NCBI GenBank assembly: GCA_039808065.1
Contig: JBDHSJ010000001.1
Coordinates: forward strand, 417 to 64,416
Source: Burkholderiaceae bacterium
GTDB lineage: Bacteria > Pseudomonadota > Gammaproteobacteria > Burkholderiales > Burkholderiaceae_C
Length of the DNA stretch: 64,000 bases
Direction: 5' to 3'
The notes beneath the pieces were generated by a model, which saw nothing but the letters and a program-made list of their open reading frames with translations, searched no databases and was not told the DNA's origin. A program made the position numbers and the translations under genes. Below are positions 42,663 through 52,579 of this stretch, in pieces. Positions within the stretch are counted from its first letter, which is position 1. Each line of letters starts with the position of its first letter.

Positions 42663-43973
42663 ATGCTGGCCCAGGAAATCATCCGAACCAAGCGCAACGG
42701 CGGCACGCTGACCGAGGCGCAGATCCAATCCTTCGTCAAAGGCCTGACCGACGAGAGCTGGAGCGAGGGCCAGGTGGCCGCGCTCGGCATGGCCGTGTTC
42801 CTCAAGGGCATGAACCGCGACGAGGCCGTGGCCTTGACCCTGGCCATGCGCGACTCCGGCCGCGTGATGCGCTGGCCCGACATGCCCGGCCCGGTGGTGG
42901 ACAAGCATTCCACCGGCGGGGTGGGCGACAAGATCAGCCTGATGCTGGCGCCCATGGTGGCGGCCTGCGGTGGCTATGTGCCGATGATTGCCGGCCGCGG
43001 CCTGGGCCACACCGGCGGCACGGTGGACAAGCTGGAAGCCATCCCCGGCTACCAAACCCGCCCCGATGCCGCGCTGTTCGACGCCACGGTGCGCCGTCTG
43101 GGCTGCGCCATCATTGGCCAGACGGCGGACCTCGCGCCGGCCGACAAGCGCTTCTATGCCACGCGCGACGTCACGGCGACGGTCGAGTCGGTGCCCTTGA
43201 TCACCGCCTCGATCCTCAGCAAAAAGCTCGCCGCCGGCCTGCAGGGCCTGGCCATGGACGTGAAGTACGGCAGCGGCGCCTTCTGCGATTCCTTGAGCAT
43301 GGCGCGTGAACTGGCCGAGAGCATCGTGGCCGTGGGCAATGGCGCCGGCATGAAGACCCGCGCCCTGATCACCGACATGAACGAGGTGCTGGGCCTCACC
43401 GCCGGCAATGCGCTGGAAGTGCTGGAGGCGGTGAACTACCTGCGTGGGCTGAACGTCGAACCCCGCCAGCACGAGATCACCCTGGCCCTGTGCAGCCAGA
43501 TGCTGCTGTTGGGTGGCCTGGCCGCCACAGAAGCCGAGGCCCGCACCAAGCTGCAGGCGGCGCTGGACAGCGGCGCCGCTTCCGAGCGCTTCGGTCAGAT
43601 GGTGGCGGCCCTGGGGGGGCCGGCCGATCTGATGGAGCACCCTGAGAAGCATCTGCAGTTGGCGCCGGTGAAGAAGCCCGTGCCCTGCCCGCGCGCTGGC
43701 GTGCTGGCCGCTCAGGACACCCGCGCCATCGGCATTGCCGTCATCGAGCTGGGCGGTGGGCGCCGTTTGGCCAGCGATGCGATCAACCACCGCGTCGGCT
43801 TCTCGGCCGTGCGACCGCTGGCGCGCTTGATCGACGAGTTCGAGCCCCTGGCCTATGTGCATGCCATGGACGAGGCTTCGGCCGACCGTGCCATTGCCGC
43901 CTACCAGGCCGCCTGCGTCATTCACGAGCGCCCCGAGCCCGCCACCCCCTTGATTGCCGAGGTCATCGGATGA
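42663..43973 (+). CDS. deoA: Thymidine phosphorylase
   Basis: [50 protein letters not shown]. Confidence 0.94.
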   Translation: MLAQEIIRTKRNGGTLTEAQIQSFVKGLTDESWSEGQVAALGMAVFLKGMNRDEAVALTLAMRDSGRVMRWPDMPGPVVDKHSTGGVGDKISLMLAPMVAACGGYVPMIAGRGLGHTGGTVDKLEAIPGYQTRPDAALFDATVRRLGCAIIGQTADLAPADKRFYATRDVTATVESVPLITASILSKKLAAGLQGLAMDVKYGSGAFCDSLSMARELAESIVAVGNGAGMKTRALITDMNEVLGLTAGNALEVLEAVNYLRGLNVEPRQHEITLALCSQMLLLGGLAATEAEARTKLQAALDSGAASERFGQMVAALGGPADLMEHPEKHLQLAPVKKPVPCPRAGVLAAQDTRAIGIAVIELGGGRRLASDAINHRVGFSAVRPLARLIDEFEPLAYVHAMDEASADRAIAAYQAACVIHERPEPATPLIAEVIG

Positions 43974-44665
43974 GCGAGGAGCTGAGCGACAAGCCGGTGC
44001 ACGAGCGCCGCATCAAGAGCTTCGTCAAGCGCGGTGGCCGCATGGGCACGGGGCAGATCAAGGCCCTGCAGGAGCTGGCGCCCAAGTACGTGCTGCCCTA
44101 CAGCACCCAGGCGCCCGACTGGGATGGGGTGTTCGGCCGCCAGGCCCCACGCGTGCTCGAGATCGGCTTCGGCATGGGCGACGCCACCGCCAAGATCGCC
44201 GCCACGCTGCCCCACATCGACTTCATTGGCTGCGAGGTGCACGAGGCCGGCGTGGGCGCGCTGCTGCAGCGCATCGAAGAAGGCCAGCTCAGCAATCTGC
44301 GCATCGTCCAGCACGATGCCGTGGAGGTGCTGGCCACCATGATCCCGAAGGGCAGCCTGCACGGCGTGCACCTGTTCTTTCCCGACCCTTGGCACAAGAA
44401 GCGGCACCACAAGCGCCGCCTGGTGCAGCCGGCCTTCATTGCCGAGCTGGTGCAGTACATCCAGCCCGGCGGCTACTTCCATGCGGCCACCGATTGGGAA
44501 CCCTATGCCCAGCAGATGCTGGAGGTGCTGAGCGCCGAGCCGCAACTGGAGAACACGGCGCCTGGCTATGCGCCCAAGCCCGAGTACCGCCCGCTGACCA
44601 AGTTCGAGGCGCGCGGCCTGCGCTTGGGCCATGGCGTGTGGGATCTGGTGTTCAAGCGCCGCTGA
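43970..44665 (+). CDS. trmB: tRNA (guanine-N7)-methyltransferase
   Basis: [37 protein letters not shown]. Confidence 0.95.
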   Translation: MSEELSDKPVHERRIKSFVKRGGRMGTGQIKALQELAPKYVLPYSTQAPDWDGVFGRQAPRVLEIGFGMGDATAKIAATLPHIDFIGCEVHEAGVGALLQRIEEGQLSNLRIVQHDAVEVLATMIPKGSLHGVHLFFPDPWHKKRHHKRRLVQPAFIAELVQYIQPGGYFHAATDWEPYAQQMLEVLSAEPQLENTAPGYAPKPEYRPLTKFEARGLRLGHGVWDLVFKRR

Positions 44666-44695
44666 AAGGGCGCTGCCCCGCACAATGCGCGGGCC

Positions 44696-45745
44696 ATGCT
44701 GAGCTTCTTCTCCCTCACCCATACCGAGCACGCTCCCAGCCACGAGTTCTTCCGTGGCCAGCTGGTGCCCTGCCACGAAACCCCGGCGCGGGCCGAGCAG
44801 GTCCACCAGGCCCTGCTGGCCGCCGGGCATCGCATTGAATCCGCCGGTTTCCCGGACAGCCGCGCGCTCCTGGGCCAGGTCCACGCCGAGCGCTACCTGC
44901 GCTTTCTGCAGGGGGCCTGGGCCGACTGGCTGGCCCGTGACCCGGCCAATGCGCAGCGCCAGCCCTGGCCCTCGACTTGGCCGGTGCGCAGCCTGCGCAG
45001 CGACATCGAACCGCGCGAGTTCAGTGCCCGCCTGGGTCTCTACAGCTTTGACAACGGCACCCCCCTGAGTGCCGGCAGTTGGGCGGCCGCCAAGGCCGGC
45101 TGCGACGCCGCGTTGGCCGCCGCTCAGGCGCTGGCGACGGGTGAACGCGCCGCCTTTGTGGCCAGCCGCCCGCCCGGCCACCATGCCGGGCCGGATTTCA
45201 TGGGCGGCTACTGCTTCCTTAACCAAGCCGCCGTGGCTGCCCAGGCCCTGCGTACCCAGGGCCGTGCCCGCGTGGCGGTGCTGGACGTGGACTACCACCA
45301 CGGCAACGGCACGCAGGCGATCTTCTACGGTCGCAGTGACGTGTTCTTCGCCAGCCTGCATGGCGATCCGGAGACCGAATACCCGTTTTTTCTGGGTCAT
45401 GCCGACGAAGAAGGCGAGGGCGAGGGGCTGGGCTACAACCTGAACCTGCCGCTGCCGGCCGGCACCACGGCCGAGCGTTGGTTCGAAGCCTTGGAGCTGG
45501 CCTGCGCCCGTGTGCAGGCGGTGGGCGCCAGCGCCCTGGTGGTTTCGCTGGGCTTGGATACCTTCGAGGGTGACCCCATCTCCAAGTTCAAGCTGACTCG
45601 CGCCGATTTCGGCAACCTGGGTGCGCGTCTGAAGCGCTTGGGGCTGCCGACGGTGTTCGTGCTGGAAGGGGGCTATGCCACCGCCGACCTGGGCCAGAAC
45701 GCGGTGGCCGTGCTCGATGGCTTTGAGCGTGAAGGAGGGGGCTGA
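44696..45745 (+). CDS. Histone-deacetylase-family amidohydrolase (acetylpolyamine amidohydrolase-like)
   Basis: RPPGHHA, GYCFLN, DVDYHHGNG, SLGLD, LEGGY. Confidence 0.88.
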   Translation: MLSFFSLTHTEHAPSHEFFRGQLVPCHETPARAEQVHQALLAAGHRIESAGFPDSRALLGQVHAERYLRFLQGAWADWLARDPANAQRQPWPSTWPVRSLRSDIEPREFSARLGLYSFDNGTPLSAGSWAAAKAGCDAALAAAQALATGERAAFVASRPPGHHAGPDFMGGYCFLNQAAVAAQALRTQGRARVAVLDVDYHHGNGTQAIFYGRSDVFFASLHGDPETEYPFFLGHADEEGEGEGLGYNLNLPLPAGTTAERWFEALELACARVQAVGASALVVSLGLDTFEGDPISKFKLTRADFGNLGARLKRLGLPTVFVLEGGYATADLGQNAVAVLDGFEREGGG

Positions 45746-45746
45746 G

Positions 45747-46145
45747 ATGGGATGGCATCTGCTGGTCTGGATTCCGCTGGCTCTGCTGGGCCTGTTCTGG
45801 TCCTTGTTGTGCTGGGCGGCCAAGGGGTTGATCAACTGGGAAGGCTGGCGCAAGGGCGTCGAGATCACCCAGGAGGTGCCGCTGTTCGAGTTCCCCGAGT
45901 GGCTGAAAGACCTGCTCGGCATCGGCTGGATCGAGGAAATCCAGGCCGCGCTCGTGAGCTTCTGGCCTCAACTGCATGAGTGGTTGCTGAGCTGGCCCGA
46001 TCTTGGCGCCTGGTTCACCGTGGCGCTGTGGCTGGTCTGGGGTGTGGGCATGGTGCTGCTGCTGGGCGCAGGCGGGTTGCTGAGCCTGCTGATTGCTTTG
46101 GGTCGGCGTGCGCAGCCACAGCGGCCGGTGGGAGTGGGCGCATGA
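45747..46145 (+). CDS. Hypothetical Trp-rich membrane protein (2 TM)
   Basis: Hydrophobic N- and C-terminal segments, GGAGG SD, stop overlaps the coaBC start. Confidence 0.65.
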   Translation: MGWHLLVWIPLALLGLFWSLLCWAAKGLINWEGWRKGVEITQEVPLFEFPEWLKDLLGIGWIEEIQAALVSFWPQLHEWLLSWPDLGAWFTVALWLVWGVGMVLLLGAGGLLSLLIALGRRAQPQRPVGVGA

Positions 46146-47356
46146 TCGACGTGTTGCGGGGCCGGCGCATCCTGCTGGCGCTCTCGGGCGGCATCGCCGG
46201 CTACAAGGTTGCGGAGCTGACGCGCCTGCTGGTCAAGGCCGGTGCCCAGGTGCAGGTCATGATGAGCCAGGCGGCGACGCAGTTCATCACCCCGGTGACG
46301 ATGCAGGCGCTCTCGGGCCGGCCGGTCATCCTGGACCAGTGGGACGGCGCCGCGCCCAACAACATGCACCACATCAACGCCGGCCGCGAGGCCGAGCTGA
46401 TGCTGATCGCCCCGGCCAGTGCCGACCTGATCGCCAAGCTGGCGCAGGGCAGGGCTGACGAGATCGTGTCGCTGACCGCGCTGGCGCGGCCGATCGAGCG
46501 CTGCCCATTGCTGGTGGCGCCGGCCATGAACCGTGAGATGTGGGCGCATCCGGCCACGCAGCGCAATGTCGACCAAATCGAGGCCGATGGCGCGCTGATT
46601 CTTGGCCCCGCAGCGGGCGATCAGGCGTGCGGCGAAATCGGCGACGGCCGCATGCTCGAACCGGCGGAATTGTTCGAGGCCCTGGTCAACCAGTTCACGC
46701 CCAAGCTGCTGGCCGGGCGCTCGGTGCTGATCACCGCCGGCCCCACCTTCGAGGCCATCGACCCGGTGCGCGGCATCACCAACCGCAGCAGCGGCAAGAT
46801 GGGTTTTGCCATTGCCCAGGCTTGCGAGCGCGCCGGCGCGCGCGTGACCCTGGTGGCCGGCCCAGTCGCCCTGCCCACGCCGGCCGGCGTGGAGCGGATC
46901 GATGTGCAGTCGGCGCAGGCCATGCTGGAGGCAGTGCTGCCGCGGGCCCGGGGCCATGAGGTTTTCATCGCCACCGCGGCGGTCGCCGATTGGCGCCCCG
47001 CCCAGTGCGCCGAACACAAGATCAAGAAAGACGGCAGCGGCCAGACACCGACGCTGGCTTTCACCGAGAACCCTGAAATCCTGGCCACCGTGGCGGCGCT
47101 GGCAAACCCGCCCTACTGCGTGGGTTTCGCGGCCGAAAGCGAGAAGCTGCTGGAGCACGCCCAGGCCAAGCGCGCGCGCAAGCGCATCCCGCTGATCGTG
47201 GCCAATCTGGGCCCCGCCACCTTCGGCCAGGACGACAACGCCCTGCTGCTGGTGGACGCCGAAGGCGCGCGCGAGCTGCCGCGTGCCCCCAAGACCGAAC
47301 TGGCCACCCAACTGGTGGCCGAACTTTCCCAGCGCCTGAACGCAAGAACCGCCTGA
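46142..47356 (+). CDS. coaBC: Bifunctional PPC decarboxylase/synthetase
   Basis: [50 protein letters not shown]. Confidence 0.95.
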   Translation: MIDVLRGRRILLALSGGIAGYKVAELTRLLVKAGAQVQVMMSQAATQFITPVTMQALSGRPVILDQWDGAAPNNMHHINAGREAELMLIAPASADLIAKLAQGRADEIVSLTALARPIERCPLLVAPAMNREMWAHPATQRNVDQIEADGALILGPAAGDQACGEIGDGRMLEPAELFEALVNQFTPKLLAGRSVLITAGPTFEAIDPVRGITNRSSGKMGFAIAQACERAGARVTLVAGPVALPTPAGVERIDVQSAQAMLEAVLPRARGHEVFIATAAVADWRPAQCAEHKIKKDGSGQTPTLAFTENPEILATVAALANPPYCVGFAAESEKLLEHAQAKRARKRIPLIVANLGPATFGQDDNALLLVDAEGARELPRAPKTELATQLVAELSQRLNARTA

Positions 47357-47805
47357 TGCACACCGTCGACCTGAAGATCCTGGATTCGCGCATGGCCGAA
47401 AGCCTGCCGGCCTACGCCACTCCCGGCAGCGCCGGCCTGGACCTGCGCGCCGCGCTGGCCGAAGCGCTGACTTTGCAGCCGGGCCAGACCGAGCTGATCC
47501 CCACCGGCATCGCCATCCATCTGGGCGACCCCAACCTGGCTGCGCTGATCCTGCCGCGCTCGGGCCTGGGTCACAAGCACGGCATCGTGCTGGGCAATCT
47601 GGTCGGGCTGATCGACTCCGACTACCAGGGTCCGCTGATGGTCAGCGCCTGGAACCGCGGTTCTGCCGCGTTCACCATCCAGCCGATGGACCGGCTGGCG
47701 CAACTGGTCATCGTGCCCGTGCTGCAGGCGCAGTTCCGGGTGGTCGACGACTTCGACGCCAGCCACCGCGGGGCCGGAGGCTTCGGCTCAACCGGCCAGG
47801 CTTAG
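47356..47805 (+). CDS. dut: dUTP diphosphatase
   Basis: [30 protein letters not shown]. Confidence 0.96.
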   Translation: MHTVDLKILDSRMAESLPAYATPGSAGLDLRAALAEALTLQPGQTELIPTGIAIHLGDPNLAALILPRSGLGHKHGIVLGNLVGLIDSDYQGPLMVSAWNRGSAAFTIQPMDRLAQLVIVPVLQAQFRVVDDFDASHRGAGGFGSTGQA

Positions 47806-48326
47806 TGGAGTGATTCGTCCGGGCCGGCGCCTTCCAGCACCTGGACGAAGCTGTCGCCCACGCTGCGCGCGTCGATCTCGTCCTGGCTGGCTTCGCGCAG
47901 CGCCTGCACCTTCAGGTGCAGACGCAGACCGATGCCCGCCAGCGGGTGGTTGCCATCCAGCACCACATGCTCGGGATACAGCTCGGTCACGGTGTAGATC
48001 GCCTCGCCCGGCATGTCGGGCGTCTGCGCCCCTTCGGGCAGGCCTTCGAAACGCATGCCGATCTCGATGTCCTCGGGGAACAGATGGCGCGGTTCAAAAC
48101 AGACCAGCTCGGCTTCATAGTCGCCGAAGGCGTCGGCCGGCTCCAGCGCCAGGCTGAGCTCGGCACCGACAAATTGACCCAGCAGGGCCTGCTCGACCTT
48201 GGGCAGCAGGTCTTCGCCGCCAACCAGAAACTCGGTCGGCTCATCGAGGGTGTCGATCAGTTCGCCTTGGGCGTCTTCAAGGCGCCAGGTCAGGCTGACC
48301 ACGCAGGGGGATAGCACTTCTTCCAT
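47802..48326 (-). CDS. FKBP-type peptidyl-prolyl isomerase (SlyD-like, no His-rich tail)
   Basis: [19 protein letters not shown]; ATG at 48326. Confidence 0.85.
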   Translation of the reverse strand: MEEVLSPCVVSLTWRLEDAQGELIDTLDEPTEFLVGGEDLLPKVEQALLGQFVGAELSLALEPADAFGDYEAELVCFEPRHLFPEDIEIGMRFEGLPEGAQTPDMPGEAIYTVTELYPEHVVLDGNHPLAGIGLRLHLKVQALREASQDEIDARSVGDSFVQVLEGAGPDESLH

Positions 48327-48362
48327 CGCGGCATGTTCGCACAGGGCCTGGACAATGCCCGG

Positions 48363-49499
48363 ATGCACGCTCCCTTCGATACCCCCTGGCCGCTCCTCGG
48401 CGGCCTCAGTCCCGATCAGTTCATGCGCCGCCACTGGCAGCGCAAGCCCGCCGTCTTGCGCCAGGCTGCGCTGCCCTGGGTCGGCCGGCTGGATCGTCCG
48501 GCGCTGTTCGCGCTGGCCGAGCGCGAGGACGTCGAATCCCGCCTGGTGCAGGGCAATGAGGCGCGGGCCTGGAAGCTCTCGCACGGGCCCTTTCCGCGCA
48601 GACGTTTGCCTTCGCTCAACAAGCCCGGCTGGACCCTGCTGGTGCAGGGCGTCGAGGCCCTCCACCCGGCCGCGCGCGAGTTGATCGACGCCTTCCGCTT
48701 CCTGCCCGAGGCACGCCTGGATGACGTGATGGTCTCCTGGGCCAGCGACCAGGGCGGCGTGGGCCCGCACACCGACGCGTATGACGTCTTCCTCTGCCAG
48801 CTCAGTGGCCGGCGGCGCTGGCGGGTTTCAAACCAGAAGAAGCTCGAATTGGTGGAAGGCCTGCCCGTCAAGATCCTGCGTGAGTTCGAGCCTCAGTTCG
48901 AATGGGTGCTGGAACCCGGTGACATCCTCTACCTGCCGCCCAACTGGGCGCACGATGGTGTGGCCCTGGGAAGCGACTGCGTGACCGCCTCGGTGGGGCT
49001 GCGAACCCCATCGCGCTGGGAGCTGGCCGATGCCTTGCTGGCGCGCCTGCTCGACCCCGAGGACGAGCCCAGCTCATCCCTGCAGCAGCATTACACCGAC
49101 GCTGGCGCGGCACCCAGCCTGCAGCCGGCGCAGATCCCGGCGGACCTGCAGAACTTCGCCCACGACGCCCTGCAGCGCGTGATGCAAGACCCGCAGCGCC
49201 TGGCGCGTGCACTGGGCGAGTACCTGAGTGAACCCAAGCCGCAGCAGCTCTTTGAGCCCGCCGCTGCAGCTCCCGGTGACGTCCAGCTGGCCCCGGCCAG
49301 CCGCATGCTCTACGACCGCTGGCATGTGTTCCTGAACGGCGAGGCCTACCGCGCTGCCGGTCAGGATTTCCGCCTGATGCGTGGCCTGGCCGACCGGCGC
49401 ACACTGGCGGCCGCCGAGCGCGCCCGCCTGAGCGAAGGTGCGCAGGCCCTGGTCAACGACTGGATGGAATGGGGGTGGTTGTGTCCGATACCGTCATGA
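48363..49499 (+). CDS. JmjC/cupin 2-oxoglutarate oxygenase, RoxA/YcfD-like (uL16 arginine hydroxylase)
   Basis: WQRKP, WTLLVQ, RLDDVM, GPHTDAYDVF (HxD), LEPGDILYLPP..AHDG. Confidence 0.85.
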   Translation: MHAPFDTPWPLLGGLSPDQFMRRHWQRKPAVLRQAALPWVGRLDRPALFALAEREDVESRLVQGNEARAWKLSHGPFPRRRLPSLNKPGWTLLVQGVEALHPAARELIDAFRFLPEARLDDVMVSWASDQGGVGPHTDAYDVFLCQLSGRRRWRVSNQKKLELVEGLPVKILREFEPQFEWVLEPGDILYLPPNWAHDGVALGSDCVTASVGLRTPSRWELADALLARLLDPEDEPSSSLQQHYTDAGAAPSLQPAQIPADLQNFAHDALQRVMQDPQRLARALGEYLSEPKPQQLFEPAAAAPGDVQLAPASRMLYDRWHVFLNGEAYRAAGQDFRLMRGLADRRTLAAAERARLSEGAQALVNDWMEWGWLCPIPS

Positions 49500-50005
49500 G
49501 CCTCGAGGGTGAAAGTGGGAGGCTGGAGGGCTGGGTGGCGATCGAGGCCGGTCTGAAGGCCTTGCTGCTGGAGGCCTTGAACGAAGGCAACCGCCGCCTG
49601 GTGGTGCTGGATCCGGACTTCGTGCACTGGCCTTGGTCCGACCCGGCGGTGCTGGAGGCCCTGGGCCACTGGGGCCGGGGCGGGCGCCACCTGGAGATGC
49701 TGGCGCCGGATTACCAGGCCTGTGCGCGCCGCCACCCGCGTTTCATGCAATGGCGGGCCCATTACGACCATGTGCTGCGCATTGGCGACTTCGACCCGGG
49801 TGAGGTGGGGCCGGATTGGCCGACCGGCCTGCTGGCCAGCGACCATGGCCCGGTGCTGCGCCTGCTGGAGCTGGAGCACGGCCGGGCGCGCTGGACTCGC
49901 GCCGGCCCTCATCTGGCCGCGGATCGGCACGCAGCCATCGAGCTGTTTGATGCAATTGCACAACGGTCTTCGCCGGCCTGGCCATTCACCCAACTGGGCC
50001 TTTAA
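49496..50005 (+). CDS. Conserved hypothetical protein coupled to the RoxA-like gene
   Basis: ATGA overlap with the cupin stop, typical codon usage, DPDFVHWPW...RHPRF. Confidence 0.65.
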   Translation: MSLEGESGRLEGWVAIEAGLKALLLEALNEGNRRLVVLDPDFVHWPWSDPAVLEALGHWGRGGRHLEMLAPDYQACARRHPRFMQWRAHYDHVLRIGDFDPGEVGPDWPTGLLASDHGPVLRLLELEHGRARWTRAGPHLAADRHAAIELFDAIAQRSSPAWPFTQLGL

Positions 50006-50031
50006 GAAGCGGTGTTTTCCCTTCCTATAAT
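50002..50031 (+). promoter_or_regulatory. Sigma70 promoter for the small lipoprotein transcript
   Basis: Perfect TATAAT at 50026-50031, TTAAGA 18 nt upstream, GC-rich discriminator GGCGGGC. Confidence 0.65.
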
Positions 50032-50182
50032 GGCGGGCTAGGCAGTAGAGGCGCTCGAGGTTTCTGTTGTCTTGCTTGGCCGGTGGGAACACCGGCTGGG
50101 TTTGGACCCCACGCCGGTTGGTGCGGGTTCCGCGAAATTACCGGTGATTTTGTTTTTCCATCCTGTCTTCTAGAGGACCCCA

Positions 50183-50389
50183 ATGAAAAAGTCGATCCTG
50201 ATGGCTTCCCTGCTGGCCGCCGTCGCCCTCGCCGCTTGCAGCAAGAAGGAAGAAGCTCCGGCTCCGGCTGCTGAGCCCGCTCCGGTTGCGGCCCCGGCTC
50301 CCGCTGCTTCGGAAATGGCTTCGGCCCCCGCCGCTGACGCTTCGGCTCCCGCCGCTGCTGAAGCTGCCTCGGCTCCCGCCAGCAACTAA
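50183..50389 (+). CDS. Small Ala/Pro-rich lipoprotein (68 aa)
   Basis: Lipobox LAAC, GAGGA SD, low-complexity mature part, many GCT codons. Confidence 0.85.
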   Translation: MKKSILMASLLAAVALAACSKKEEAPAPAAEPAPVAAPAPAASEMASAPAADASAPAAAEAASAPASN

Positions 50390-50432
50390 GAAGCACCAGA
50401 TCGCGGACCCGGCATTGCCGCCGGGTCGCATC

Positions 50433-50470
50433 AAGACAAAGGCCACCCCAGGGTGGCCTTTGTCTTTCTT
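50433..50470. terminator. Intrinsic (probably bidirectional) terminator
   Basis: Perfect 15-bp inverted repeat AAGACAAAGGCCACC-CCAG-GGTGGCCTTTGTCTT followed by T-rich sequence, between convergent genes. Confidence 0.85.
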
Positions 50471-50488
50471 GGCACTGCACGCACCAAG

Positions 50489-50522
50489 AAAAACGGCCGG
50501 GTCCGTCTCCGGAACCGGCCGT
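50489..50522 (-). terminator. Intrinsic terminator after bamC
   Basis: Minus strand reads ACGGCCGG-TTCCGGAGACGGAC-CCGGCCGT followed by a T run. Confidence 0.65.
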
Positions 50523-50539
50523 CCGTCAAGCGTCTAGGT

Positions 50540-51664
50540 TCAGCGCAAGTCTTGCAGCAGCAGGGCCAGGATGCGCTTGGCGTTGTCGTTGGTCTGCTGC
50601 ACGCCTTGGCTGTCTTGCACGCTGACGACCGAGCCGTTGGCATCACTCTTGACCGCCACGCGGTAGCGGCCGGTGGTCGGGCCCTTGTCGGACGAGAACA
50701 GGCGCTGCAGGAAGTTGGGCTCGTCCTTGCCGGCCTGACTCGGATCGGCGTAGCGCAGGAAGAAGAGGCCGGCGCGACGGTCGCGGTCTTCCACGGTGAA
50801 GCCATGGCGATCGAGCGACTGGCCGACGCGGCGCCAGGCCTTCTCGAAGTCGTCACCGAGCTTGATCTCGTTGGGCACCTCGCTGAGTGCCAGCTTGGCC
50901 GGATCGGCGGCCGGGGCGCTGGGCATGCTCGCCGCCGGTGCCTTGCTGGCATCGGCCAGGGCCACAGGGGCCTTGCCGCCCAGGCGCAGCAGCAGGCGAC
51001 TCAGCATCTCGGCTTCAAGCTCTGGATCAGCCGGACGCGGGGTCCACACCACCTGGTCGCGCTGGGCATTCGTGTAGACCTCGTGCATGCCGCGGTGCGT
51101 CACGGTGATTTCGGTCTTGCCATCCACGCGCTCCAGGCGGGTGCGGAACTGGTCGCGCTCGCCAGTGGAGTACAGACCTTCCAGCACCGTACCGATGGTG
51201 CGACGGATGAAGTCCTTCGGCAGCTTCGCGCGGTTTTCTTTCCAGTCGGTTTCCAGCACGCCCACGTCGGCCTGGTCTTTGGGCAGGTCAAAGCCCAGTT
51301 CGGTCCAGAAGGCGCGGGTCACGGGCCAGACTTCCTCGGGGCTCATGCTGGTACGGATGAGGCGCACGGCACCCACGCGCACGATCTCCGCGCCCGGCAC
51401 GCTGTTCAGTGCCACCTGATTGGTGTTCACGGCCACGGCGGTGGGCTGGGTGGCCAGGGCCGCAGCGCTGACGCTGCCGGCCGCGCCCAGCGGGGCCTGG
51501 CGCTGCAGCTGGCTCAGGTCCGGCGGAACCTCCAGGCCAGGAGTCTGCTTGGACTGGGTGCGGTAGTCGACCTTGTCGCTGTTGAACAAGGGGTCGAACG
51601 AGCTGCAGCCGCCCAGTGCGGCGGCAAGGGCAAGACTCAGGGCACGAAGGGGAAAACGCGTCAC
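50540..51664 (-). CDS. bamC: Outer membrane protein assembly lipoprotein BamC
   Basis: Lipobox LGGC, LEVPPDL, GVLETDW.ENRAKLP, AWRRVG..LDR.GFTVEDRDR; follows dapA. Confidence 0.9.
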   Translation of the reverse strand: MTRFPLRALSLALAAALGGCSSFDPLFNSDKVDYRTQSKQTPGLEVPPDLSQLQRQAPLGAAGSVSAAALATQPTAVAVNTNQVALNSVPGAEIVRVGAVRLIRTSMSPEEVWPVTRAFWTELGFDLPKDQADVGVLETDWKENRAKLPKDFIRRTIGTVLEGLYSTGERDQFRTRLERVDGKTEITVTHRGMHEVYTNAQRDQVVWTPRPADPELEAEMLSRLLLRLGGKAPVALADASKAPAASMPSAPAADPAKLALSEVPNEIKLGDDFEKAWRRVGQSLDRHGFTVEDRDRRAGLFFLRYADPSQAGKDEPNFLQRLFSSDKGPTTGRYRVAVKSDANGSVVSVQDSQGVQQTNDNAKRILALLLQDLR

Positions 51665-51697
51665 GGCAGGGCAGTCCTGACTTGGGAAAGAGGCGGA

Positions 51698-52579
51698 TTA
51701 GAGCAAATGCGCGTCGCGCATCGCCGCTTCGACCAGAGCCTGGCCGGCGGGAGTGAGCGGCAGCAGGGGCAGGCGCAGGTGGTTCTCGATGTGGCCCAGA
51801 CGGCTCAGGGCCCACTTGGTGGGCGCCGGGCTGGGTTCGCAGAACAGCTGCTTGTGCAAGGCCAGCAACTGGAAGTGCAGGGCGGTGGCCTTGGCCACCT
51901 CGCCGGCGCGGGCGGCGGCGCACATCTGGGCCATCAGCTTGGGGGCGACGTTGCTGGTGACGCTGACCACGCCAGCGCCGCCCATGAGCATCAGGGCCAG
52001 GGCGGTGCCGTCGTCGCCGCTGTAGATGGAAAAGCCCTTGGGCGCATGCTTGATCAGCCAGGCGGCGCGCTCGATGTTGCCGGTGGCTTCCTTGATGCCG
52101 AGCACGCCCGGCAGCGCGGCGCAGCGCAGGGCGGTCTCAGGGGCCATATCGGCCACGGTGCGGCCGGGCACGTTGTAGAGCATCAGCGGCAGGTCCACGG
52201 CCTCGGTGATGGCCTTGAAGTGGGCGTAGATGCCGTCCTGGCTGGGCTTGTTGTAGTAGGGCACCACGCTGAGATGCGCGGCGGCGCCGACCTGCTTGGC
52301 ATAGCGCGCCAGCTCGATGGCTTCGCGCGTGGCGTTGGCGCCGGTGCCGGCCAGGATGGGCACGCGACCCGCCGCATGCTCGACCGCGACACGAATGACC
52401 TCGCAGTTCTCTTCCATGCTCACCGTGGGCGATTCGCCTGTGGTGCCGACCACGCCGACGACATTTGTGCCTTCGGCGATGTGCCAGTCGATCAGGGAAC
52501 GCAGCTTGGCGTAGTCGATCGCGCCATCGGCGTGCATGGGGGTGACGAGGGCGACGATGCTGCCGTGGATGGATGTCAT
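51698..52579 (-). CDS. dapA: 4-hydroxy-tetrahydrodipicolinate synthase
   Basis: [30 protein letters not shown]. Confidence 0.95.
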   Translation of the reverse strand: MTSIHGSIVALVTPMHADGAIDYAKLRSLIDWHIAEGTNVVGVVGTTGESPTVSMEENCEVIRVAVEHAAGRVPILAGTGANATREAIELARYAKQVGAAAHLSVVPYYNKPSQDGIYAHFKAITEAVDLPLMLYNVPGRTVADMAPETALRCAALPGVLGIKEATGNIERAAWLIKHAPKGFSIYSGDDGTALALMLMGGAGVVSVTSNVAPKLMAQMCAAARAGEVAKATALHFQLLALHKQLFCEPSPAPTKWALSRLGHIENHLRLPLLPLTPAGQALVEAAMRDAHLL

